NCBI RefSeq assembly: GCF_004010195.1
Contig: NC_057718.1
Span: 86,372,318-86,422,898, forward strand
DNA: 50,581 nt
From: Chiloscyllium plagiosum
Lineage: Eukaryota
Reading direction: 5' to 3'
Notes under the pieces: model-generated
Told to the model about the DNA's origin: nothing
Database searches by the model: none
What the model saw: only the letters and a program-made list of their open reading frames with translations
Shown: piece by piece, positions 36,201-48,297 of the stretch
How positions within the stretch are numbered: the first letter of the stretch is position 1
Layout: each line of letters starts with the position of its first letter
Made by a program: the position numbers and the translations under genes

Positions 36201-37200
36201 CCTTACAGCCTCCGATTCCAAACCCCCTTCCTTGGGAACAAACAAGAGTCATGAGTATTACCCACTGGGGACTTGACTCTGCAGTAAGGACCTTGCCTAA
36301 GGATGAGGAGGGTACCATCTATGGACCCCTGAAGCTCCTGAGCCCCCATTCCACATTATTGGAGGAAATGTCCAGCTCTTTGGCTTTCCTGAGGTTTAGA
36401 TCTGGTTCAGTTGTAATATTATTAATTCCACAAACTTAATGATCCCTTAATATTTCCCAAAGCTCTGGCTAATACTCACAGTGTTCTGGAAATTTCCACA
36501 GTCTCATCAAGAATTCAGTAACTGGTTTCCCAGGAAGTCTATTTCCTGTGTTAAACCTGTAATGCGACAGTATAACAGATGGGTTGGGGTCAGAGTGATC
36601 CACGACCATATCTATCAGTTCCTCAAAGGATTCTGACCCTGGGTCTGCTGGGAAGGGGGTGGGGTGGGGGGGTGAAACTCTTCATGATGCTGTTAGAAGG
36701 GACTCCACAAGCAGTCAGGAGAATGACGTTTTGTTGGTGATCTACCCCGTTTGCCTGAGATAAATATCTCATTATTTCAGCATTCTGGGACAATCCTCCA
36801 CATTTGAATCAGAATGTTCCAGATTCCCAAACAGCAGAATGTTTAACATTTCCCTGACACGGTCTCACTGGGTTTGTTGAAAGGCAAGGCTGTCTGAAAC
36901 TTGCCTTTCCTCTCAATGCCAATACAATAACTCAGGAAGCCTGACTGGAAAGGAGCAATGTTTGTGGTTGAAAACCAAAATACAGCGATTGCTCATGGCA
37001 CACAGAGGCTAGTCCCAGCCCGGGACACACAGTTCTGCAGATCATCACCGGGTCTTCATTTTTTTTTCTTTTTATTTAACTTTCTTTTAATCAAATTGTC
37101 TAGAGATGTTACTACACCCCTCTGGAGCAGGTGGGACCTGAACCTCCCGGTCCAGAGATAGGGATATCATCACTCTGCCACAAGAGAGCCTCGGGTCTGC
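33255..37200 (-). mobile_element. Decayed, internally deleted Gypsy LTR retrotransposon with a duplicated gag-protease segment
   Basis: LPSLVVQGRGLNRLGRNWL..., YFKAWSVP and RYPMPCIRDLYESL...FSQL (protease-RT); LTR-like similarity between 33270-33375 and 36940-37050; PPT-like AGGGGGGAAA near 33890-33899. Confidence 0.75.
34460..36965. repeat. About 1.26-kb tandem duplication (34460-35702 and 35735-36965)
   Basis: Directly visible collinear copies; 35417-35702 and 36680-36965 appear identical. Confidence 0.9.
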
Positions 37201-37320
37201 TATATCTTTGATTTTTTAACCAATTTTTCTCATCAACCTTTGCAGAGATGTTATTGCATACCCCTGGAGCAAGTGGAACTTGAACCAAGAACTAGGAATG
37301 CTACCACTGTGCCACAAGGG

Positions 37321-38135
37321 AGCCTCCACCACTTCCTCTGGCAGCTTATTCCATACACGTACCACCCTCTGTGTGAAACGTTGCCCCTTATGACTCTTTT
37401 ATATCTTTCTTTCCCCTCTCACCCTAAACCCTCTAGTTCTGGACTCCCCGACCCCAGGGAAAAGACTTTGTCTATTTACCCTATCCATGTCCCTCATAAT
37501 TTTGTAAAGCTCTATAACGCCACCACTAAGCCTCCAATGCTCCAGGGAAAACAGCCTCAGCCTGTTCAGCCTCTGCCAATAGCTCAAATCCTCCAACCCT
37601 GGCAACATCCTTGTAAGTCTTTTCTGAACCCTTTCAGGTTTCACAACATCTTTCTGGTAGGAAGGAGACCAGAATTGCACGCAATATTCCAACAGTGGCC
37701 TAACCAATGTCCTGTACAGCCGCAACATGACCTCCCTACTACTGTACTCAATACCCTGACCAAAAAAGGAAAGCATACCAAACGTCTTCTTCACTATCGT
37801 ACCTACCCGAGAGTCAAATTTCAAGGAGTATTGAACCTGCACTCCAATGTCTCTTTGTTCAGCAACACTCCCTAGGACTTTACCATTAAGTGTGTAAGTC
37901 CTGCTAAGATTTGCTTTCCCTCACATTTATCTGAATTAAACTCCGTCTGCCATTTCTTAGCCCATTGGCCCACCTGGTCAAGATCCTGTTGTAATCTGAG
38001 GTAACCTTCTTCGCTGTCCACTACATCTTCAATTTTGGTTATCATCTGCAAACGTACTAACTATACCTCTTATGCTCGCATCCAAATCATTTCTGTAAAT
38101 GATGAAAAGTAAAGGACCCAGCACCAATCCTTGTA
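37321..38135 (-). mobile_element. CR1 LINE fragment
   Basis: ORF 37399-37842 LYRTLVRPLLEYCVQFWSPSY. Confidence 0.92.
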
Positions 38136-38727
38136 GTTTAGATTAGATTCCCGACAGTGTTGAAACAGCCCTTCAGTAACTGCCATTCATCACATACCAT
38201 TGCTGTTGCAAATTCCTCATTGCCTCTAATTGCCTCTCTAACCAATCCATTTAATCTGATAGGATTCGCAACCAACAGCATTTATTGCAGATATAATTCA
38301 CAGTAACCCTTAAACTCTCTTTAAACTCCCACATCTGACAAGAAGCGCATATCACTCTACTAAAGGCCATTTTTACTCCTTTACAATTGACAGACCCAGA
38401 AATTAACACCTTCTTATTCCTCTACAAAACACTGCACCGGAATAAATTAATAGTTATGGCTTATATTTTAAGTTTAATCAAGAGACATATCTCAAAAACC
38501 ATATGATCAAGAAAGAACCCACTCTACTCACTACTGCAGCCTTTCTGTAGGCCACACATAAAACAATTCACTTATCTCTTTCTGTGCTGTTACTTCACCC
38601 AAACAGTTCCGCCAAGATCAATTGTGAATTTCACTGTTTGTTAATGTTCTCAGACGCGCCCCGAAGTCCAACGATAAATGAATTCAACAGCAAAGGCAGT
38701 AACTGTGTAGGTTCACTGTGGTGTCAG

Positions 38728-38780
38728 TTTCTTTCTTTCTCTCTCTCTCTCTCGCTCTCGCTCTCGCTCTCGCTCTCGCT

Positions 38781-38811
<31 letters not shown>
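38728..38811. repeat. Compound (CT)n/(CTCGCT)n microsatellite
   Basis: Seen directly. Confidence 0.95.
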
Positions 38812-39499
38812 CTGCACTGACCTCACCATGTGCTGCCTTTGTCTGCTCTTCTCCCTTTTAAAACTGCTGTTGTTTTGACTTTTATTTTCCAAAGTTCCAA
38901 AACAATGCAACAGCATATAAAACAGTAATTGCTGCTCCTGGAGTTCGAGGAAATCACCTCCAACACCTAAAGCACCTCAAAAAAGGAGCAGCACTTACAG
39001 CCAGAAATTTTTCCTCTCCTCCATCTTGGATTACCCAGAATCCTTTGTGAAAGCTGGTGTAGAAATGCAGTTTGACTTGTCCTTTAAACTCTAATGAACT
39101 TGCCAATATAAATAATTGTGCAAATTAAAAACTACTTTCAATTATGTGGTGTTCTGAAGGTAAACGTAGTGCCAATAATAATCAGCAACAGAAAGGTGAA
39201 GATAAATCACAAATGGAAAGACAAAGTGAGGGGAATCTTTCCGGACCCGAGAGGACAGTGTGGGCTTTGATGACTCTGTTGGAAAACATGACAGAAACAG
39301 AAAGGTGAGTTTTTAACTTCAAGAGAGAAAAGTTCATCGATCCACCACAGAATTTAAGGCTGGATAAGAATTTCACAACTGAGTGGCAAGGGAACTGCTT
39401 GTACAAATAATCATCTCATTATTTGTTTTTCTCACCTCATTTTACACAGTTTACTAGTTTCTGATCAGTGAGAAACCCCACAATGTTGACCCTGGGGAT

Positions 39500-39790
39500 T
39501 CAGAGAGGGCAATGCCTTTGTATATCATAGGATGATGTTTCCATTCTTGTTGGAGATTGCCACTTATCTGGTGAGAATCTTCCTTCTTGCCATTTAACAG
39601 TCCATGCTAGAACCTTAAGCAGCTCTTGCTGTAAACATAAATGACCTGCTTCAGTGTCGGAGGAATGGTGCTGAACATTGTGCAATCTCCAGAGAACATC
39701 CCCACTTCGAACGTTATGAACAAGAGTAGATCGTTGATCGAGCTGCCGAGAATGGTTGGGCCCAGGGCTCCACCCTGAGGAACACGTAAG
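39500..39790 (-). mobile_element. LINE RT fragment (second CR1/L2-group family)
   Basis: LHNVQHHSSDTEAGHLCLQQELLKVLAW matches ORF 14599-14799. Confidence 0.65.
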
Positions 39791-40940
39791 AGGCTTTGTA
39801 AGATTGGCCTCCTTGTGTATTTTATTGAAATTTGTGGTTTCGAAGTGATTCAACCCAAGCAGGAAGGAGCATTAATAGAGAAACAGAGTCACTGGGAAAA
39901 CATTTTCAAGCTCAAGAGCATTTGCACAATGAATCAAAACCAATAAAAAGACAGACTTGAAAAGCCATGCTTCATTTTGATGTCTAGTCAGAATTCTGGA
40001 GAAGTTCTAAAGGTAAAGTAATCTGGAGATATCACGTGTGGAAATTAATGGATACCATAATTCAAAGCCATCTACTAGAACTTTGGGAGAACTGCCTACC
40101 CTGTCCCAGCATGGGTCTTGTGGGGCTGAATGGCCTATTGCTGCTGCAATTTGCTTTAACAAGAAGGGACCCACCATGCCCACCATCAGACCAAACAGGG
40201 CATTCAGCTTAGAATGGGCCTCTCCCAGCTGCTGTTAATTTTTTTCAGTGGCAGATTAAAGCCCCTAAGTGGGTATTAATGGACTGGTTCCCCTGTTGCT
40301 GGAAAAATTGTAGCAGGGATGAGTGGGTCTGATGCGGGCACAGTGCAAATTGAACTTAATGTGTGTCCTTCAAAACTGCTGGTAGCATGACCCCCAACCC
40401 ATGTCAGGGAGCACACAGATCAGGGTTTGATTGCTTTAGGAAATGTCCATTCAGGTTGTCTATAGCACTTGGTAACTTGGAAGGTGCATAATCGAGACAC
40501 CAACAGACATGTATTAATAATAACTTTCTGTGAATTTTGGGGAACTGTGAAATATCTTTTGCGTTAATGCATTGTCAGATAAACTGTGTCCTTAGTTTTC
40601 CAAGAAACAGTCTGTCAGGAATCTGCAACTTAAGACACTCAAATTGTCTCGTTGTCTGTTGTCATAAATCTTCTAATGCTGGTTGCCAGCAATGCCAACA
40701 TATGAAGGACAGATACATATTAAGGACTTCATCTAGTTTCTTCTGGTATTAACCAGACATCTGTCATGTTAACATAAGAGACAGCAACAGGTTACTTCTC
40801 CTGCTTGTTTTCACCATGAATGTAGCAAGCCCAATGAAATCTTCTACAATCGTCACTTGACCCTTTGTTTAATCAATGTTTGTTCCTGAACCTTTTCTCT
40901 GATGAGCTTATTTCTGGACAGACTTGTTATGGCCTCTTTA

Positions 40941-41408
40941 AGAGCCACATAGTCACACAGCCTGGAAACAGACCCTTTGGCCCAACTCCTTCATGTTGAA
41001 TACATTGCCTGAACTGAACTAGTCCCATTTGCCTGCATTTGGACTGTATCCTTCCCTTCCACATACCTGTCCAAACATCTTGCAAATGCTGTACTAGAAC
41101 TCACCTCCACCACTTCTTCTGGCAGCTCAATTCATATATTTACCACCTCTGTGTGAAAACGTTGTTTCTCAGATCCCTTTTAAATCTTTCCCTTTTCACC
41201 TTAAACCTATGCCTCTGTTTTTGGACTCCCCTACCCTTTGGCTATAAACCTTATCTGTACCGCTCATGATTTTATAAACCTCTTTAAGGTCACCCCTCAG
41301 CCTCCTGTACTCCAGAGAAAAAACTCCCAGCCTATCCAGCCTCTCCTTATAACTCAAGCCCTCCAGTTTCGGGAACATCCTTGTGAATCTTTTTGCAAGC
41401 TTTCTAAC
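40941..41408 (-). mobile_element. CR1 LINE 3' fragment
   Basis: PKLEGLSYKERLDRLGVFSLEYRRLRGDLKEVYKIM. Confidence 0.9.
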
Positions 41409-42092
41409 TTGCTAATTCCTTGTACAAATGACACAAAAAAGGTAACTTGCTGTCAGCAGCCATCTTTGAAGAGCAGGCTTTACTTTTTATCGTCAATTTA
41501 AAAATGTTAATGTTACATAAAGTCTGTGTCTTGAAAGTTAGGAATATGACCCACTTACCGGTCAAGAACCAGGTAAATTAATAATAATGGAGTAAGTGAT
41601 AGTGACACTTTCAAGTAACAATTGCTTAAAGGATTTAAGGCTGGAATGCTTAGGGAGAAAGAATTTTATTTTGAGTTTTGCTAACATATCTGGAGTTCTT
41701 TCTTCATCAGAGGTCAGTGAATGTTCACTATGGACATTGGAGATTCCTCCAAACAAAGGTTTCTAGAAAAACATGACTTGATGAAAATTGCTTGCTTTGC
41801 TGCAGTTCCTTCTTGGGTTTGTTTTAAACAGTGGCTGGCTTGGAGAGGCTCTTACTTTATCTGGTTCAGTTGGAGGAAAGCCTGCTAAGGACAAGCTAGG
41901 TTTGAGGAAAGCATGTTATGTACAAGCTGCCTAGCTGTTTTTTATCTAAAAAGGGAACTCTCCGTATCAGCCCTAGACAGAGGGCTGTTTTTTTCTCTCA
42001 GAAGAGTGATTGAAAGAACGTCTGAACATTGTATTTCCTGAGTGAGCTGTATCTGCAAGACTTAGAGACATTATTAGTGACCTTATTAGTGT

Positions 42093-42400
42093 GGGTGGCA
42101 CGGTGGCACAGTGGTTAGCACTGCTGTCTTATAGCGCCAAAGACCCAGGGTCAATTCTCGACTCAGGCGACTGACTGTGTGGAGTTTGCACATTCTCCCC
42201 GTGTCTGCGTGGGTTTCCTCCGGGTGCTCCGGTTTCCTCCCACAGTCCAAAGATGTGCACGTCAGGTGAATTGGCTATGCTAAATTGCCCGTAGTGTTAG
42301 GTAAAGGGGTAAATGTAAGGGAACGGGTGGGTTACGCTTCGGCGGGTCGGTGTGGACTTGTTGGGCCGAAGGGCCTGTTTCCACACTGTAAGTAATCTAA
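42093..42400 (+). mobile_element. Full-length HE1 SINE (V-SINE superfamily)
   Basis: tRNA-like head (A box TGGCACAGTGG 42104-42114, B-box-like GGTCAATTC), V-domain, CR1/HER1-like tail GGGCCGAAGGGCCTGTTTCC...TAATCTAA. Confidence 0.92.
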
Positions 42401-42754
42401 CCTGATCACACATGACTGACTTCAGAGGAACAGACTCTGGAACAGGCTGCACTTTGCCCTACTGCCTTCAAAAATAACCCAATGGCTAAAATGTTTTAAT
42501 TTTCATACACCTGATCCCTACGGAGCAATCCTTTTTTCCTTGTTTTTCTTAAATATGTGTGTTTTTATGTGTGTTTCGGGAGTTACTGAGAGGGATAAGC
42601 ATTTATCCTTCTGTCTGATCAGGTGTGGTTGTTAGCCAATGTTTTCATGTTTATTAAATACGTTTATTTTGATGATAAACCCATAATTGTGTTTATTATG
42701 ATACTTGATTGATGGATTTTTTTTGTTTAAAACTGTTTGATTTGATTCAATTTC

Positions 42755-43410
42755 AATTATTAGAATCACATGTACCTAGGTACAGTGAAATGTTTTGTAT
42801 GTGCATTCAGTATGGGCAGATCAATCTATAAAAAGTGTTTTAGGTTAGAACAGGTGAAGAAAACAATGCACAAAGAGCAAGATCAACATTCAATTTAAAA
42901 TTAAGAAGTCTATTCCAAACAGTGGGAAAGAAGCTGTTCTTGAGTCTGTCGATACATGTGTTTCAGACGTTTTTTACTGTTTGCCTAACAGGGGTGATTA
43001 CAACAGGGGTGAGAGGGATTTGATGATGTTGGCTGCCTTCCCAAGGCAGTGAGAAATATAGATATGGTCAATAGATGGAAGGTTGGTTTGTGTGATAGAC
43101 TGGGCTGTGTTCATAACCTCTTAGTTTCTTACAGTCCAGGGCAGAGCAGTTGTCATAACAAGCCGTGTGCATCCAGATAGAATGCTTTCTGTGGTACATC
43201 TGTAAAAATTGGTAAGAGTCTTTATGAATGTGCTGAATTTCCTCAGTCTCCTCAGGAAGTAGAGGCATTGTTGAGCTTTCTTCACTGTTACATGCATGTG
43301 AGTGGATCTTTGTTGGTGATCATCACACCATGGAACTTGATGCCCTTGACCATCTCCACCTCAGCACATTGATGTGGACAGGAACATGCGCTCTGCCTTG
43401 CTTCCTGAAA
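42755..43410 (-). mobile_element. Rex1/Babar-like LINE 3' fragment
   Basis: Minus translation KKAQQCLYFLRRLRKF...LTNFYRCTTESILSGC; TACYDNCSALDCKKL. Confidence 0.75.
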
Positions 43411-43884
43411 TGTGGCTACTTAGTCATTTTGGCAAATGGAAAAAGTCTCCCTATTTCATATTCTGACCTGTGGAATGAAGGGACGAGAAAATAGTACACG
43501 CCTTCAGCCTCAGTCATAACAAACGTTAAACAACAATTTGTTTCCCGAAATTCAATCTTTTCCTCACGGAGGATTTTTGTCGTGAATCTTCAAATTTGAG
43601 ATGAACAAAGCAAAGCTTATGTTTGGTGTGAATTTCTCTGAATATTGTCATGAACACAGGACCTATCAGCAACATCTATTCCATTCAAACCTAAAATTCC
43701 TAATTTAATCAAGTAATATATCCCAAGGACAGTGCAATTTTAAACTATACTTTGCTAAAAGTTGAAAATTGTTAATTCAATTGATAAATATTCATTTAAT
43801 AATGATCTGGATATTTTCAGTTGGAATTGATACAATTCACCTGTATAAATGTATTGCCTAATCTCTGGCAACATTAATTATACA

Positions 43885-43964
43885 TGTTTGTTCAAGGAGC
43901 TTGAACTAATTCTGCTCCCTCTGTAAATGAAGAGAATCACAAGCCGGATACGTGTTTTATATAA
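43885..43964 (+). promoter_or_regulatory. Putative promoter of D: TGTTTGTT 43885, AACTAATT 43904, TATATAA 43958
   Basis: Motifs and spacing conserved among paralogs; TATA starts 86 nt before the ATG. Confidence 0.65.
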
Positions 43965-44043
43965 GAAGCTGATATGAATGAAGAATGTCTGGTGCTTCAC
44001 ATCTGTTGTCACTGATTGGTTTCATCTTCTAGGTCCTTCCGAG

Positions 44044-44122
44044 ATGGAGCTGATGGATCTGTCAATAATTGAGCAGACAACTTTCATTTACTATCATTTT
44101 CTTGGAATATTTGGAGTTCCTG
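44044..44122 (+). CDS. Receptor D exon 1 (GPR139-like GPCR)
   Basis: GAGATGG start context; MELMDLSIIEQTTFIYYHFLGIFGVP plus G; donor GTAAGA at 44123. Confidence 0.9.
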
Positions 44123-44846
44123 GTAAGAAACTGAAGTTGGGCGTTTTGTATTTTTTCTTCAAATTCTGACTTTAATTCTGTTCTCGCTCTTGATGCATCG
44201 ATCAAACATAAAACATCAAATTCTCTCTCTTAATGCCGCATCAAGTTTAGGTCTTCCTTCAATGTAGACAACTTCCTACAATATGCAATGGTGACTTTCT
44301 TTCAGAAAACATCTTGCAATCCAAAAAATGAGAGATTTAAAGATTGATTTGGGGAAAATTTCCCATGTATTTTCAGATCAAAATTTCTCCTTAACTGGTT
44401 GATTCCCTTGCCTCATGTTTGGATCTGTGTTAGACTCATTTGGAAGTGTTGATTGCTGTGATCAGTTCATGAATAAAATCATCCTTCTATCCTCTGGCTG
44501 CCAGGACTGTGGAATGTGGCAACGTAGAGGGTGTTTGTTCTTGTCTCATTATCATGCTGCTATATATTCTAGTTTGAGAGAGAGAGAAAGACTTACCTCC
44601 TCATGATCTATACAGTATTATCAAACGACCACAGACTCTGGGAGGTGTCAATTATGGGAATCTCAATAAAGAGGACAAAGGAATAAAATGATATTTTGAT
44701 ATGGTGAGCTGAAATAAGGTGGGAGGAAGTCCATATGGAGCATGAACAGTAACATAAAACTATTGGAATGAATGGTGTCATTTTTTTCTGTAATTCGCAG
44801 ATTCTGCTCTGCAATTAATTTGGAGATTTGACTCTTGTTTTTGTAG

Positions 44847-45751
44847 CTAACGTCCTGACAATTGTCCTTCTGATCAGAGGAGGCTGTGGTCTGTCCAAAG
44901 GGATCACTCTTTACTTGGTGGGTATGACGATAGTGGACTTGCTGGTCCTTATTTTCAATGTGATAATCTATTACATATTTTGTTACTATTTCCCATTTTC
45001 ACTTTTACACTACACTTCCATAGCGAGCATCAATGAGGTGATCAACTATGTGCTTGTTGACTGCTCTGTCTGGCTGACAGTCGCTTTCACTGTCGATCGC
45101 TTTGTCCTCATTTGTTGTCAAAAGCTCAGAGAGAGGTATTGCAGGGAGAAGACTGCGGCTGTGATTATAACAACCCTGTGTGTTGTATCGTTCATCAAAA
45201 ATATTCCACTGTACTTTGCTTTTGAACCTGGCTATATAATTGACGATGTGGAGTGGACTGTTGATTTCAAGCCAGCATATTTTACATGGCCAGGATGGAT
45301 CACCTTTGACTGGATTGATATAATTTTAAACCCATTGTTACCATATTTTCTCATTTTACTGCTCAATGCACTGACTGTTCGTCACATTGTGATGGCTAAT
45401 CGAACCCGCAGAGCACTGCAAGGTCAACGCAACACCCAGAGCAGCGACGATCCAGAGATGCAGAGCCGAAGGAAATCCATCATTTTACTGTTCGCCATTT
45501 CTGGTACTTTCATCGTGCTGTGGATGCCTTCTGTTGTATTCTTCCTCATTTCCAGAATTACAGACAGACATTATGAACCAGATGAATACACAAACCCATT
45601 CCTTATCGCAGACTTCACAGCAGATATGTTCCAACTGCTGAGCTCCTGTACAAACACGTGTATTTATGCATTTGCTCAGACTAAATTCAGGGAGAAGTTG
45701 GGAAATGCAATAAGGTATCCATTTATTTCAATCATTAAACATGTCAAATGA
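44847..45751 (+). CDS. Receptor D exon 2; intact probable GPR139-like GPCR, 327 aa spliced
   Basis: TTTTTGTAG acceptor; uninterrupted (A)NVLT...MTIVDLL...FTVDRFVLIC...PYFLILLLN...FIVLWMP...TNTCIY...KFRE; 724-bp phase-1 intron. Confidence 0.92.
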
Positions 45752-46124
45752 TCAATACAATCTGAAGCAAAACAGTACAAGCTTCATCATAGTTGACTGT
45801 CTCTGGCTGAAATGTTATGCACAAAATTGACACTTAATGACTCAAAATATCAGCTTCAGCTTGGTAGCACCATTCTCCTGTGTCAGCAAGTTTTATGTTC
45901 AAGCACATCACCACCGCAGACACTTGCACAACCTGATGCCATTCCATGTGAGTGAATGGTTTCTGGAATGGCAGGAACACAGTGGAAATGTCACTGGATT
46001 GATAATGCAGAGGTTCAGGCTAATGTCTGGACAAAGGGGATCAAATCCCACCATTAATTCATAGCTAGTGGTGAGCATGAAACAACTGTTCATCAATTGG
46101 CTCACTAATATCCTTTAGTAAAGG

Positions 46125-46760
46125 AGTTTCAAGTGGAGTTTAATTTAGACAAATGTGAGGTGTTGGATTTGGTAAGGCAAACCAGGGCAGGGCTTATCCA
46201 GGTAATGGTGGGGTGCTGGGGTATGTTGCTGAATAAAGACACTGAAGGGTGCAGGATCATAGTTCCTTGGGAATGGAGTCACAGATAGACAGGGTGTGAA
46301 CAAGGCACTTGGGACACTTGCCTTTATTGGTCAGAGTTTGGATGGTGTGAGGAAAGATGTTGTTAAACATGAGAGGGTGCAGAAACGATTGACATGATTT
46401 AGGAGTGGTGGATATGAGTTATAGGGAGAGGTTAAATATGGGGGGATTTTGTTTTCCCTGGAGATCTTATAGAGGTTGATAAAATTGTGCGGAGCATGGA
46501 TAGGGTGAACCACCAAGGTCTTTTACCGAGGGTGGGGAATCCAAAATTAAAGGTATAAATTTAAGGTGAGAGAGGAAAGATTTAAAAGGGATCTGAGAGG
46601 CAACCTTTCACACAGAGGACAGTGCGTGTGTGGAATGAGCTGACAGAGGAAGCCCCATTTCCCAAATGCTGGGAAATGGGGCTAGGTCAGATTGGGATAT
46701 CTGGTCAGTGCGGGTGAGTTGGACTGAAGGGTCTGTTTCCGTGCTGTATGACTCTAACTC
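46125..46760 (+). mobile_element. Decayed CR1 LINE 3' fragment
   Basis: Nucleotide similarity to 28300-29123, including the GGACTGAAGGGTCTGTTTCCGTGCTGTATGACTCT end. Confidence 0.85.
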
Positions 46761-46834
46761 TCAAGGAATACTGCTGTCTTTACCGGTCTGAACTACATCA
46801 GACTCTAGACCCACAGGCATATGATTGACGTCAA

Positions 46835-47380
46835 GGCAGCAATAGGCCATTCAGCCCATCAACTCATTCTGCCATTCAATGAGATCAATTCTCCACTCCA
46901 CATTCCTGCCTTTTCTCCATAACCTTTGATTCCTTTATTGATTAAAAATCGAGCTCAGCCTTGAATAGACTGAATGACCCAGCTTCAACAGCCATCTGCA
47001 GGAAAGCATTCCGCAAATTCGCTCCTCTCTGTGAAAAGAAACTCCTCCTCATCTCTGTCTTCAATGAACAACTCCTTATTCTGAGATGATGCTGTCCACT
47101 CCGAGACTGACAAGGTGAAACAATCTTTCTATATCTAACCTGTCAAGCTCTTCTCAAATCTTTGATGGTTAATAAGGTTGTCTCTCATTCCATTCAACTC
47201 TAATGTACAATGTCAAATTACTCAACCTGTCCTCATAATAAAACCTCTTCATACCTGGGATCAAATGAGTGACCCTTCTGCGGACTGTGACCAATGCCAG
47301 TATATCTTTCTTTTGAGAAGGGAACCAAAACTGTTCATGGTATTTCAGCTGTTGACTGACTCGTGTCCTGTCTAGTATTG
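46835..47380 (-). mobile_element. Older CR1-type LINE 3' fragment (paralogous piece at about 32975-33250)
   Basis: QFWFPSQKKDILALVTVRRRVTHLIPGMKRFYYEDRL. Confidence 0.75.
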
Positions 47381-48160
47381 ACAAGACTTCCCAGCTACTC
47401 CTGAAATGGACCAGCAAACCACCCAGTTAAAGGGCAATTAGGGATGGATAGCAAATGCTGAGCTTCCTGGTGATATCTGCATCCCATGAAAGAATACATT
47501 TCTTCAAAAGTCTGTGTCCCCTCTCTGATGGATGTGAAATAGCTCAGTTTTGATGACAAGCAATGGAATTCTCCTCAGTCTCCTGCTCAATATTTATCCC
47601 TCAAACAATACCACCAAAATCTCATTGCCTGAATATTTGTTTTATTGCTGTTTGGTCAGGCCTGGGCATGTCCATAATTGCTGTTCTATTTCTGAAATTA
47701 AAACAATGACAAAGTTTCAAAGTACTTAATTTGCTGTGTTGTGAAAGCTGGTATTTCAATACAGTTCAGCTTGCCCTTTAAGCTCAAACAAACTTCACAA
47801 TATCAATAATTACATGCATTAAAAACTATTTTTACCTGTGTGCTATTCCCAAAGTAAACATCGTGCCAAGAATAACCAACAAAAAAAAGATAGAGTAAGC
47901 CTCTGGGATAATCTCTTTAAGAAACACAATGAGATTGGCTCTGTCCAACTGCTTGTAGAAAGAGCCCATAAACATGAACACAAAAGACATTCTGCCCAGC
48001 TACTGTCCTGGGATAGACCACAAGTGGAACGGTGAAGGGTGTGGAATCTTTCCAGACCAGGCTATGATGAGTCAGTTGGGGAAATATGAGAGTGTTCGAC
48101 AAAAAAAATGAAAAGAGTGTCTAATCACCTCCAAGGTTCCAGCTGTCTGTATCCTGAACT

Positions 48161-48297
48161 GGGTTCTGAAGAAGGGTCACCACACCCAAAATGTTCACTC
48201 TGATTTCTCTCTCCATGTATTCTGCCAGACCTGCTGAGCTTTTCCAGCAATTTCTGTTTTTGTTTCAGATTTCCATCATCTGCAGTTCTTTATTTTT
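48161..48297 (+). mobile_element. Short Penelope-derived element with a decayed hammerhead motif
   Basis: GTT-CTGAAGA-AGGGTCACCACACCC-AAAA-TGTT; GAAA changed to AAAA. Confidence 0.6.

Larger units (their letters stand above)
41511..43521 (+). mobile_element. Probable solo LTR upstream of D with nested SINE and LINE insertions
   Basis: TGTTA...TAACA inverted termini; the end GTCATAACA equals the LTR end before the PBS at 733-741; paralogous to 27765-29590. Confidence 0.55.

Noticed and set aside
38584..38916. SLSLSL and ERERER ORFs
   Set aside because: They are translations of a CT microsatellite.
42093..42170. tRNA gene
   Set aside because: It is the tRNA-derived head of an HE1 SINE, continuing into the V-domain and LINE tail.
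43978..44043. Upstream in-frame ATG extending the D N-terminus (MKNVWCF...)
   Set aside because: Only about 14 nt after the TATA box, so probably upstream of the TSS; the paralogs support the downstream ATG.
44828..44846. Single-exon D starting at TTG 44828, and likewise A starting at ATG 5617
   Set aside because: These starts truncate TM1; canonical splice sites and a conserved exon 1 give complete 7TM proteins.
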